Below, in pieces: positions 13,101-24,464 of a stretch of 64,000 nucleotides of DNA. A model generated the notes under the pieces. It saw only the letters and a program-made list of their open reading frames with translations. It made no database searches and was not told the origin of the DNA. The stretch lies in assembly GCA_043228905.1 (NCBI GenBank), contig JBHGNT010000002.1, positions 3,844,001-3,908,000 of the forward strand. Reading direction: 5' to 3'. Within the stretch, counting starts at the first letter, position 1, and each line of letters starts with the position of its first letter. Source of the DNA: Azolla caroliniana. Taxonomy: Eukaryota; Plantae; Polypodiophyta. The position numbers and the translations under genes are program-made.

Positions 13101-16100
13101 ATGAATAACTTGCAACTACCTGTCTTAATTTGTAGATGGGAGTTGTCTAGTTATATTCTGTAGCTATATTTTGGTCTATCAGGCTTCATGTATGTGTGAT
13201 AAGCATTTACAATGTAATGTTGTTATTTATTGTTTACACTTTCTTAGTTTCAAGCAATCTTCAGTGCACAGGTTCTGCTGTAAATGTTGTACAAGAAGGC
13301 AGAAATTTATCTTTTATCTTTTCGTCTGAAGTTCGAATCTCTGGTGATGTTAAAATTTCGATATGTGAAGCAGGTTTTTCTAAAAAGGTTAAATCATCTT
13401 CTACATATATAATGCATTGTGTCTTTCTTTATGTATGTTACATGTATATCCATAATTCAACAAAGCATTTTGACACTGTAATACATCCTTTGACGAACAC
13501 AGTCTTATTTTGGTTTTTTTTTTCAAAGACGACAACATTTTAAGCTGTGATCTCTTGTTTACAACATTTTTTCCTCAGAAAGGCATTAATCTATCTTTCT
13601 TTCATCTATGAAATCTGCTACAATCACAATGTTCTATAGCCCCATCACTACTACTCATGCTACAAGTTAATCAAGGGTTACACAAATGGGCTCCTGACCA
13701 AGACATAACAAGGAGTTACTATAAATCAGGCAATAGCAATTTGTTGTGCACATAGGTCCTTATCTCATGGACCATAATCTCACCACCCTTGTCATTGACA
13801 TATAAAGGCCATTATCCATCCATATATAAAGGCCATTATCTAAGGTATCTTTTCAATACTTGACATCTGTCCTTAGAGAACCATCTCAATTCTATATAGT
13901 TATGTTACATCGTCATATGACTCTCTTCTCTATAATAATGACCTTACTATCTCTACATACAACCCATTTTCCTTTGTTTTGTGTGTCGAGCACTTGTGCA
14001 TGTTTCTTGTGTTGTGCTACTTGAGTTGGAGTAAGGTCATGATGTAAATGTATTTTGTCAGCCTCGAGTGCCCTTTTGGATAGAAAAGCTTTTTTCTTTT
14101 CCATATCCATGAACTAGTTGATAAGGGCTTTAGTTGTAGACTAATCTATTCCCACTCTCTATGTTGAAGCCAATTGAATATTTGATGCCTTAAATCTCTT
14201 TTTTCACCCCAAAACTTCTTCTAATGTAGTGTTTGTCATTTCCATCTTATACATTGATGTTCCTTTTTGCTTTTTTACTCTCTATTTAGGGAGTGTTTCA
14301 GCATGTTCAGCTTGAGCTTTGGCATCTTCGGCTATTTTTGCCCATGTTTAGATTTCCTTAATTACATTGTCTTTAATTTTGGAGATGCATTTTTCCATTG
14401 CTGCTTGTTCTTTTCCTAAATCAACTTTTATAGCCTACTAAGTCCATTTAGAATCCTTGTTGTTCTGCCTAATGGCAAGAGAAAGGAGACTTAAGAAAGA
14501 TGTTAATATGACTAGTATTCGGAATCGACTTAACTGGTTTGTCATTGTCCAAACCAAACCGGTTAAGCCTTAACTGGTTTCGGGGTTTTCAAACTTGAGC
14601 CGAACCAGCTCCTAAACCGGTTTAGGAACCCGTTTAGCCCAAAACGGTTCGGTTCAGCTTGAGCCAGCCCAAACTGAGCTCAAACCAATTAAGGAAGCTC
14701 AAGCTTGAACCAAACCAAACCGTTTTAAAATGGTCAATCATGGTGAATTTGTTGAGATGGAGAGCTTCATGTTTATCACACAATGGATTTGAGTTGAATT
14801 GAGAAGTGAACATCGCATGTTTTACTTAGCATTGTGTACATTTATCACAATCTCTTTTAAATGAATGAAAGTAGGACAAACAATACCCCTAAGTATATAG
14901 CTATCTCTAAACATTTCATAGAGGTATGTGTATTTATGGATAATGAACCTCACGTGAAAGTGGTCGTTTTCTTTAATGCAGACAACTCTTTATTTCTGGT
15001 TCAATACTTCCTTCGTGGATTCCCAATTGTTTACACTTTCCTCCAAATTGGAACTAGACAAACCTGTCAAATATCTTGACGATGATACACAGGTACATCT
15101 TTCCTTATTCTACCAGACATTGTACAAGATTCACATAGACTTATAATGCATTGGTCTTATAGATAGTTTTGGCTCTTCGAAAACATTAATATAATATTTG
15201 GTTTCTCTTTCTATATCCCCCTCTCCTTAAAATCAATGTATATATAAAAACAACATGACAACACAAGAAATCCCTCTAAGACGTAAGTCTAGCTAATGTG
15301 AAGGAACAACCCTTGAGGACAATGTGCATCCTCACTAGAATTGCCAATTCAATTGCGATTGGCAACGAAAGATGAACACATTCTGGATGTTCCAATTATA
15401 TGCAAACGGCCCCAAAAACGTAGCAGAAGGTGAAACTCCAATCACGTGGATGGTGCTCTTGCAACACATGCCAAACTTGGGATAATGGAGATCATATATG
15501 TCATATCACCATGCAAGATAAAAACATATGGCAACAAGCCCCCTTGGTTCTATAAAAGTAGCTAGAACCATTTCAAATGTTGTATCTTGAAGTGTAGCTC
15601 AAAGTATGGTCTTTGCGTCAAATAGAAGGGGTTCCCCACTAGAATTGGGGATATAAGATAGCAATATCTCCTCCCTAAATTATACAAAACCCCTATGGGT
15701 TTCCGACCCATAGGTTCATATAACAATTCGTTATTTGAACTAACCTCAAAGTTGCTACACCACGAACTCCTACCAATCTTACTCCTCCAACCACAATGCT
15801 TGAAAGATTCACGCACACTAATCCAAACTCTAGAAGAACTTCATCCACCTCCTAATAGTTTCTTATTCACTTTTGACGTACAATCGCTCTATCTTAGCAT
15901 CCCCCTAAGTTAGAACTTCTAACACTTCTCCTCCACTAAAACTAATAGTTTCTTATTCACTTTTGACGTACAATCGCTCTATCCTAGCATCCCCCTAAGT
16001 TAGAACTTCTAGCACTTCCCCCACTCTAAAACTAACCTCATCTATACTCTTAGTGCCCTCGTTTTAAAATACCACTTTTTGACGACAGTCTACCAACAAA

Positions 16101-16830
16101 TAAAAGGTACATCTGTGGGTTGTCCATGCTTGCCTATTTTTAGCATACATAGAGAATTGACAACCAACCCCCACCTCCCTTCACCTCTTCTACTTCACCT
16201 GATATATTGATGGTGCTTTTGGAGTATGGTCGGGCACTAAAACCCAACTGCTCGAGTATCTACAATTCTACACCCTAGACACTAACAATTGTATCAAGCT
16301 AACAATCCAAACATCCCCCTCTAGACTACCCTTCTTAGACCTATGGATCAATCTAAAGAATTCCTTATTTTGCTTGAATTGTTTTCAAAAGCTTTAGAAT
16401 TCCTACGAATACTTACCCTTCTCATATCATCCCCTCCACATCAAGAATCATTTCATCACTAATGAGTGAAGACGGTATCTAGTTAGAGAAAGCACCCCAC
16501 TAGGTTTCTATCAAATGAAAAAACTTTTTTTTTGTCGATTAGTAAACATGGATACCCCCTTTCATTCATATTAAAAAACTATAAAAAACCGAAATCCACC
16601 CTTACCCCTATAATTTTTAAGCTTAGATTTAGTAAAATTCTTAAAAGTGTACAACATCAAATACATATACTTGTATTTCATTATCTTTAACTATGCCAAA
16701 TGTATAAAAGCATAGATATGTTACATGTGATTGAACTTTCTTGCTTTATATGAGTTGTTACTAAATGGATAAGGTTTTTTAGGTTCATGTGTTTTTCTCA
16801 TCAAGAGCAAGAAGGATGTCGGTCGCTTAA
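1109..16830 (+). CDS. PTEN: PTEN-family phosphoinositide/dual-specificity phosphatase (phosphatase + C2 domain), 337 aa, 11 exons
   Basis: Exons 1109-1226, 2604-2733, 5990-6033, 7538-7608, 9467-9526, 9720-9827, 11672-11801, 11960-12030, 13265-13387, 14982-15092 and 16783-16830 join to an open 1014-nt frame. Motifs: REIVSKEKLRY..GFNLDLSYITPRIIAMG, YRN, FNLCAERTYD, PFSDHDP, VHCKAGKGRTGLMICAYL, GVTIPSQRRY, then C2-type ISGDVKI, YFWFNTSF and KLELDK. Donors at 9527 and 11802 are GC. The boundaries of exons 7-9 are the least certain. Confidence 0.93.
3765..4860 (-). mobile_element. LINE-derived element: 3' end with (CTTT)n tail joined to a possible ORF1-like/5' segment
   Basis: 3765-4270 is highly similar to 10440-10930 (same 3' UTR and GAAA/CTTT tail). 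Sequence to about 4860 includes ORF 4504-4779 but no RT. The 5' boundary is approximate. Confidence 0.7.
4900..5650 (-). mobile_element. Degenerate LINE ORF2 (RT C-terminal) fragment
   Basis: Minus-strand translation gives TKVMVFNTT and LERPLVSM..IIRSKASVHHDII..AAPIITETLF, which resemble post-RT motifs of RTE-X/L2-like LINEs. Interrupted by stops and frameshifts. Confidence 0.6.
8347..8548. repeat. Tandem duplication, about 100-bp unit, PTEN intron 4
   Basis: CAGCTAATGC...TACTCTTCTGAAT at 8347-8450 repeats immediately at 8451-8548 with few differences. Confidence 0.9.
10438..11450 (-). mobile_element. 5'-truncated LINE (RTE-X/L2-like): ORF2 C-terminus, 3' UTR and (CTTT)n tail
   Basis: ORFs 11153-11449 and 10931-11146 read QLRTSSHQLEIEVGTY..RICQLC*..VEYEEHYVCH..FYEIRERYHCLF, the C-terminal Cys/His motif of non-LTR ORF2. 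This is followed by the 3' UTR shared with 3765-4270 and the tail at about 10440. Confidence 0.85.
12560..12870 (+). mobile_element. Degenerate LINE reverse transcriptase fragment
   Basis: Frame-broken translation gives LAGVLIP..FVDD (FADD-like), KAKVMV and YLGITLEG, matching RT subdomains 5-7 of non-LTR elements. Confidence 0.6.
13675..13840 (+). mobile_element. LINE 3' UTR fragment (same family, opposite orientation)
   Basis: Reverse-complement similarity to 4070-4210 and 10735-10870 (GACATAACAAGG..GGCAATAGCAATTTG..CACCCTTGTC..AAAGGCCATTATC). Confidence 0.7.
13910..14460 (-). mobile_element. LINE ORF1 C-terminal fragment
   Basis: ORF 13913-14110 KIHLHHDLTPTQVAQHK..GKWVVCRDSKVII resembles the I.I..DLT..Q motif found at the end of many LINE ORF1 proteins. 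Confidence 0.55.
14512..14742. mobile_element. hAT-like subterminal-repeat relic
   Basis: Dense AACCG/CGGTT/GAGCC motifs like those in the MITEs at 342 and 37623. No matching TIR pair or TSD found. Confidence 0.45.
15660..16660 (+). mobile_element. Penelope-like element (PLE) reverse transcriptase relic in PTEN intron 10
   Basis: Translation: YLLPKLYKTPMGFRPI..LKDSRTLIQTLE..LFTFDVQSLY.SIP, YQQIKGTSVG, (R>stop)YIDGAFGVWSG, IKLTI..LPFLDL..FQK..SYEYLPFSYHPLHIK..E.RRY..FFCRL. This is the order of PLE RT and thumb motifs. It contains stops and a 90-bp internal tandem duplication (15852/15942). Confidence 0.85.
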
Positions 16831-18051
16831 TTCTTGTTAGTGATGAAAAAGCCTATTTTGAAGCTTTTGATCTTGTGAATTATCAAGTTTTGCCTTATAT
16901 CAGTTATTAGTGAGATAGGTATTAGACAGGCTTAATTCTTCCTAGTGTTGAAAAGGGTATTTTGAAGGTGATACTCTTGTCATTCTTTGATCTTTCAGAT
17001 CATGAAGGTTAGTATAATTGTATGTATATTATGCTAACAAAGGATTTTTGCAGTTTCGAAACAACACACGTAGCTTTACATTTTTGTAATGTAGTACCTT
17101 TCCCATTAAACTATCAAAATATGTTATACCTAGTAGGGAATACTGGTGGAATAGATATTTAATCTGATGTACTCGTGCTGGAAAATCCTAGATTTAGTCA
17201 ATATTCTGTGAATTATTTGTCTGTAAAATTATGTCTATTGGGCATTCTTTTGGACTTGTAATTCTGCTTCATATTTTTGAGTGAAAAATCCTAGATTTAG
17301 TCAATATTCTGAGAGAGAATTAATAAAGGCAGGAATTGAACTAAAAATGTCTGCTATGTTTACATGAATTATTTCTGTTAAATTATGTCTATTTGGCATT
17401 TTTTTGGACTTGGCAATTCTGCTTCATATATCTACTTTTAAGCGAAGTATTCTATCAAACGCATCATCTTTACTTTTTTATCATTTTGCTTGAAGCACTT
17501 TCAAGGGAAGGTTAAACAAGGTGCAACCAAAGAAGACTGATGAAGTCAAAATAAATCATCATGAGGTCAAAATAAATGCAAATAGCAAATGATGATAAAA
17601 GCTTCCAAGATCATCAACCAATAAAATATACTTAACCATTAACATGCATATAAAGTTAATAGGATCTGCAGATTGGAACTATGATATGACAAATATATAA
17701 TATTCATAACAGGTTACAACACTAAAAACTGGTTAACATTTAAGAAATAATCTGGTGAAAGGTGAGATCTAACCAATGACATTAAAAGTCAGGCCCAGTA
17801 AGTACTAATGTAAACATTAGAACGAATGTTAAATTGGGATGCATCCTCAAATAAAAATAAAGCTAATAGTGATGGCATAATTTGGGCCTGAGTAAAGAAT
17901 AGAACACAAATATTGGCAGAAGGGATACTAGTGAATTCTCTGTTGAAAGACCTGGTTTTAAACCCTGGGAAAAATCATTTTCATGAGACAAAAAAATCTA
18001 GAGTAATAGAACTTGGAATAAAGGGAGTTACACATACAAGCAACCAAAACC

Positions 18052-21000
18052 TTAGGTTCCATAACTTCTATCTCCTGCATCTCCAAGACCTGGAACAATA
18101 AACCTACAAATGACATGTTTCACATTTTAGATATAATAAGGCCTCAAAAAGAATATGGTACATATTGCGATTTGGAAGAAAGAATCACCCTTGGTCATTT
18201 AAAGATGGATCAATAATTCCAGTATATACTCGCAAGCTATACAACAAAATAACCAGCACAATAGTTAATATCAACCATAGGATTACGTTGTCATCACATA
18301 GCATTCCAAATTATTAATAAAACTTAAATGCATAAAATATAGAATCAAAAGCTTACCCAGGAAACCTCTCCCCAAGAATCTTCAAAGCTGGTGGCGCTGC
18401 TACAGCAGAGACCTAAAAACATTCCAAATCAAATGTCCACATCATCTCAATGATTTAACTTTCATATATTTTACACTTCTCCCAGTTAATGGTTATTATT
18501 TCTAACAAATAGTCAACTTGATGCAATTTAAGTAACTCAAGATATAGCTTTCAATCATCTCTTGCTAGCTGTACCATCTCATGTATGTTACAATATACTA
18601 TAAGATGGTGGGTTACAATATACTATACAATTACATCTTTGGCGTTTCTAGATATTAGGGGGTTGCGTCTATGTAGGTATATTTTGATTGATATTGATTT
18701 ACAAGTGAGAATGGCAGTGACTGAAAGAAAGAAGAAAGAAAGAAATATTGACATCTCTTAAGAGGCCAAAATGGCCAGTAAGGCTGAACAAGAGAGTTCA
18801 GTTTAAAATGTTTTCTCATCTTTGAGAATGACAAACCAAACTAAATATAACTGAACAAAGGGTCCTCAAGAATCTAGAAATCTAAGAATATAAGGTTCTT
18901 AACTTAGACTGAAACATATACCTATGATAAATCTCCATCATGAGCCTCTTTAAGATAGAGAGATCTCGAAGGCAGGGAAACAGCGTATCTGGGTGATAGT
19001 GACCTTTATTCCTCAATAACAAAGGTGACAAGCCATGGTCCAAATGGTGATAGCCTATGTGCACAGTATATTTCTCAATAACAAAAACTAGACAAATACA
19101 AGCTTGCAAGGGAGGTCCATCTCAACAGTTACAGGTTTTATGTATGGCATGGACTAGATGTATTCAGATAATTTCTCAATCCTTGGTATAAGATACACCC
19201 TTCTGATGCCACACATATAGCTATCTCATATGCTCTCCGCACTATGAGATCATTACCTTGCCATAGCTAATTTGTTTCTTTTGCAGATTCTATACATGTG
19301 TAGGGTTCTTGTCTCAAGAGCTATACATTTCTCGACGTGGTTTAAATTTTATAGCTACAATCACTATTAAAAGTGCTTGTTTTTTCCTTAAAAGGAGCTA
19401 ACTGGGAATTTGCATGTTTTTATTTATTTAAGAGAATAATACAAATGAATTTGAAAATTCACATTCACAAACAGTGTCATAAATATATAAGCCCAATTGT
19501 TGATTTCGGTGTCGTGAAATAAGGTAAGCTGAAAATTTTGTTTTCTTATCAACATATAATAATGCATGGTTTGGTCTCATATCTCCCAATTGGAACTAAT
19601 ATTTTCAAATTCTGAATTCATTGCATAACAATTTAATAGCACCTACTTTATACTACATATGACAGACAAGTTAAATAATCCAAAATGTGAGATTCATACC
19701 ACACGGATCAACTTGTGATCAACATTTCGCTCCTTCAAAAGATCTATAGTGGCAACCATAGTTCCCCCTGAAGATCATGCAACCATCATGTTACCTCTAG
19801 AAAGGATCATAAATCCCCTTTCAACTCTAGTGGAATCTTATAAGTATGACATGCCATGATTATCATGAAGCTTAGCTCATAAATGAAGAATCAAGATGTA
19901 ATCTTCATGGAAACGTACCTGTTGCCAGCATAGGGTCGGCTACAATGACACGTGCATTATCTGGAAATTTGTCTGGTAACCTAAAAACGTAGAAAGTCAT
20001 ACTTTTACGGAAACACATCAGGTGACATCAGTATGTATTAAATGAATTTTGTTAGCCTCTATAAACCCACTTGTTTAAATAAAGTTTCGGTTTCAGTGTT
20101 GTTTCATCCCGCTGAAATCCTATCCACGCATAAAAATATGGAGAAAATATTAAGGGTCCCATTGAGGAAATTACCCTCTTATTTGATATTGCATCATATC
20201 AAAGCCATACCAACATGATACGTTTGTGTTGCTGGTAGTACAGAAGATATGTGTTCAACAAGTACAAGGCCTGCTCTCAGAATTGGAATCACCTACAAAA
20301 TTCAATCACAGCATTACTAAGTTGAAGGTTCAAATTTATAAATAGCATATACAACTCTTATAAGGCACATCAATCTACCTAGATGAAGGATTAACTATCA
20401 GCAAAAATACCAAATTTTAAACTTCCAAATACAAGGGTGACTACTCACTGACCCTCACTGGATCTCTTGGATCGACAAACTCCACATTTGCCACCCCGCA
20501 TGGTGTTTGTACTTCTCCTGTTATGGTTACCTACATACACAACTTTTTACAATTGTGATCCTATTAACAAACTGAAAAGAGAATCTACGGATCACTTTTA
20601 AGAACTTACCAACCAGTCTCTTGATGCTTCATAGATGAGATATCTCCCAAGCTCAGCCAATGCACTTTCTAAAAGAAAGATACTCATACAGATTACCATT
20701 GAAAGAGAATTGAAATTCAGTAAAACTTTTTCACTTACTGAATATTGCAGGTGGACTCAGTTCATTGCGGAGAACAGATACCCAATGTTTGATCAAAGGG
20801 TGAGGAGGCACATACACCTGCTCCATATCATCAAGTTAAGTCACAAAGAAAATCCAATGTAGCTCTAGGGCAGTTTTCCATCCATTCAAAATCCAAATAA
20901 TGCCTAGGGGTGTATAAATACAACATATATCCATATACATAGGTAGCTATAAAAGTGTTGCTTGTTAAGCCTTAAATCTAGAACAGTCTAAAAAAGCACA

Positions 21001-23755
21001 GACTGGGATTTCATGAAAGAGTGTCATTATGCCATATAGTAATACCATTTCCCTTTTACCTGCTGAGGTTTTAGAAGAATAAGACTTCTTCAGAACTACC
21101 AGATCAGGCCCATTTCATTAAAAGATTCCATCAGAGTGCAATGATTCCCTTTAAAGGGAAGGAGATACTTCACCACCTTCCTCGAAGCAATAGGACTAAA
21201 CACCCCAACCATACCAACTCTTGAGCCTTTGCCATTTGATTCAGTAGTGATCATCCTTCCACAGAAGATGGCACATGTTTATATCTTTTGCCAGTAGTAT
21301 TTGAGTAAAATATTGTTGAAACTTGAGCTGAGAGACAAGACTCAACGACATTGCTGAGCAACGTGTTTTATAATATTATGTTTTTTCTGTTTTTGGGCTC
21401 TTGGCATTAGATTACCTCTTCAGAATACTCCTATTTTAATCAAGTTGTTTTGGTTTCAGTTAAAAGACAAGCCTTGCCTGTTAAAAATGTACAGTATTAA
21501 AAACCATTTACAAGTTGTTATACTCTATATGACAACCAGACCTGTCCCCATTGTTGAGCCTATCTATTCCATGTGAAATATGATCTACGCAAAAAAGACT
21601 GAGCAGCAAAATAGAGAACTTGATGTAAAATGCACACTCAGATATGGATGATAGATATGAAATAACATGTATAGACTATAATCATATGTCTTCCATATAT
21701 TCTTGAAAACATTGTAGCATACCAGCATTTGGTCATTGCCAATTTTTCTGCTTTCTGTTGGTGGTGCAGCTCTTACAACCCATCTGCGATCTTTATGCTG
21801 AAGAGATTCTGATGTCAAAATCGGGAACCTCAACGGTGTTGGCTGTGGATGCATTGAATGAAAAACTTCACTCAAAATTATTCTTTATCAGCCAAACAAA
21901 ACAAAAATGTTTGACAAAGAAAGAAATAAAGTCTGATGACATTATGAAGAATAATTCAATATCTCTTCCTAAGGGATCAAATTAGGTGAAAGCAAACAAG
22001 GACAATCAAGGAAGTGAGAAATGTAGACAAACCAAGTCATCCTATGTAGTTCTATCTGAGAGCATTATGAGGTACTTTAGTAAAGGTACCATGACGCAAA
22101 CAGCACAATCTGATATCTCTGAATTGGAAGACCTGGAGATGATACAATAGACCTAAGCTGATCAAGGCTAGACAACACCAGGATATAGCCATCTATAATA
22201 AGTTTGATCTCGATACCACCAAGTTATCTAGAAAAGGAAGAACTCATGGTCAGATTCTAGCCGTTTTACCTGCTACCCACTGGGAGGTGGCGGAAGCACG
22301 GTTGATAACATTGTCGGGACAAGGGAAGCCACCTAAAGCAAAAAAAGGTTTGCCATCCTATCGTGCCCAATCAGAACAGCCACACTTACCTTGCCATAAC
22401 CCTCACCAAAGACACACCATAAACACCACCATCTTCAAACCCATCATCACCTCGTCCCCATGAACTGTCATCCACTACATCCCATCACCTAGCAGAAAAT
22501 TATGATCAAAACATATATCACATAATGTACTATCCAATTCAACAACAGCCTTCAATGCCCTCACCTCCTAACTCAACATCATATTCCATAACCACCCCTC
22601 AATGCCCTCACCCCCTAACTTTACATCGTATTCCATACCTCCTCCATCAACGGTTTTCCACACCACACCCTAAAAACACCACTTTCCTAGCAACATGCCT
22701 GTAAATTGTTGGACAATAGCCTGCACCCAAATAAGAACCCTAATCCACGAATAAGGCACATCTTTGAAGAAGCATGATATTGGGATTTATACCACCTCTT
22801 CATGAGCAAATACTCAGCCACTGCATGGGGACATAAAAGAGAACCCATTCATGGATTCACAACTTTGGCATTCCTATAGAGAGAGCTTATATCATGTCCC
22901 TCACCAACCCTCAATACCACAACCATCAGAGTCTCACCCCTCTGCATCCACCTTCTTCACTTCAAACAAGGTTTAGGAGGCCATCCAGCCTCTTCAGAAT
23001 GGATGATTATCCTCCCAAACATGTTCAATGAGATCTTGGTTGAGAGCCTTCCCATCACATGAACCATGCACACAAATGCGCCTATCCATAAGTCAAGAAA
23101 CCCCCTTAAACCAAATATTTATTGGACAAGCAAATCTGACCACACTTGCAGATTCTATGGAGCTGTATAAAGGCAGAACTCAGCACTTCAGGTCTACATC
23201 ATCATCTTAATATCTTGAATAGTGATCCAGGGAAAGATTAAGACCATGATCTTCTCACACTGACTTACTAAAATTTTCTCGTCAACTATACCAAGAGGCC
23301 ATGTTGAAGTCGTGGAATCCTATTTCTCTCCGGTAAACCACATTTGCAAGCATAATTTAGCGCTTGTATATGACCAAAGCAACCAAAGATGAACTTGCTT
23401 GAGCATATGCAGCTCTGGTGACGCTAGAATGACATTGCCACCACACACACTTCCATGAACCTCATAAGAAAGAATGCTTATTCAAACACTGATCACCCCC
23501 ACCATCCTTCCTCTTATAAATATAAAAATGTGTGGTCGATAATCAATTATTTTCTGCCAGTGATACAAAAAAAACAAGCCAGTATATACAAACCATTTTA
23601 CCTCACAAATTGAGACTACTGTGTACATTAAGTGGCATTCCCCCTCTAACAAATACAAACACAAAAAAATATTCCTCTTCACAAAATCCTAAGAGAGAAA
23701 CCTTGAAGCAAGAAGGGAAAGAAAAACAAATGTAGAGAGGCCGAAACAGAGCAGA

Positions 23756-23802
<47 letters not shown>

Positions 23803-23980
23803 ATATAAAAAGAAAGACAAGAGGAAGCTGTTTCACCTGATTCTGTTGGTGAAAATGGTGGGGATTGTGAGGAAGGGTGGGAGGAGTGTGGGGGGGTGGG
23901 GATGAAGCAATGCGAGCAGAGGAAGGAGAAGAGGAGGAGGATGTAGAGGAGCCAAGCAATCCTCCTGCCAAGGGGCCCAT
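18052..23980 (-). CDS. UPP: Uracil phosphoribosyltransferase, plastid-type with N-terminal transit-like peptide, 298 aa, 12 exons
   Basis: Exons (minus) 23980-23837, 21842-21723, 20817-20739, 20668-20610, 20530-20453, 20292-20211, 20119-20071, 19980-19919, 19767-19700, 18412-18357, 18236-18189 and 18103-18052, all GT-AG, total 897 nt. Motifs: PPHPLIKHW, ELGRYLIYEA, IPILRAGL, RDETTL, PRPP-binding VADPMLATGGT and GFIVPGLGDAGDRSYGT. S/P-rich N-terminus. Confidence 0.96.
18722..19260 (-). mobile_element. LINE 3' end (same family) with an adjacent inverted ORF2 piece
   Basis: GAAA tail and GGCCAAAATGGCC (18764-18776) followed by a diverged 3' UTR to about 19090. 19200-19255 reads IAISYALRTM on +, matching IHLSYALHSV of the 10438-11450 copy. 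Confidence 0.7.
22260..23500 (-). mobile_element. Possible decayed LINE endonuclease (APE) region in UPP intron 1
   Basis: Minus-strand HDFNMA (GDFN-like) near 23300, in heavily mutated, compositionally distinct sequence. Only one motif supports the call. Confidence 0.35.
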
Positions 23981-24034
23981 CTCTTGTCTGGGTGTCTTTC
24001 TGCCCCTCTCAAATCTGTCTCCCACAAGTGAGGT

Positions 24035-24065
<31 letters not shown>

Positions 24066-24300
24066 TGGATGGATGGATGGATGGATGTCTCTGTCTCTGT
24101 TCTCTGTTCTCTGTCTCTGTCTGTCTCTGTCTCTGAAGCTGAAGTTTTTTCTCAAGTTTTTTCACATACATACATATGTACATAGATTAGATAGATTTGA
24201 TAGATAGATAGATAGATCATAGATAGATAGATGGATTAGATAGATTAGATAGATCATAGATAGATAGACAAATGGACATGTCTGTCTATCTATCTATCAC
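23758..24300. repeat. Compound microsatellites around UPP exon 1: (GT)n, (GA)n, (TGGA)n, (CTCTGT)n, (GATA)n
   Basis: (GT)n at 23758-23800, (GA)n at about 24035-24060, (TGGA)n at 24061-24087, (TCTCTG)n to about 24135 and (GATA)n at 24182-24270. Confidence 0.95.
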
Positions 24301-24464
24301 CTAGAAAATCATATAATGAAGAGGCCTTCCTTCCTTCCCCGCCAGTGAATCATGGCCACCGACGATGCACACGGCACTCATTTTGAATGGGCGCGTGCGA
24401 TCTCCACCGTTAGATCATTATCCAGAAGAAAGAAAGAAAAAACGTGCGCTTGTAAAATCTCATT

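Noticed and set aside
1109-16830. Animal contamination or recent horizontal transfer as the source of the PTEN
   Set aside because: The gene is embedded among plant genes, its introns contain the same LINE family as the neighbouring plant genes, and the protein is strongly diverged from animal PTEN outside the core motifs.
16830-18052. Natural antisense overlap between convergent PTEN and UPP 3' ends
   Set aside because: The stops are about 1.2 kb apart and poly(A) sites cannot be placed from sequence, so overlap is unsupported.
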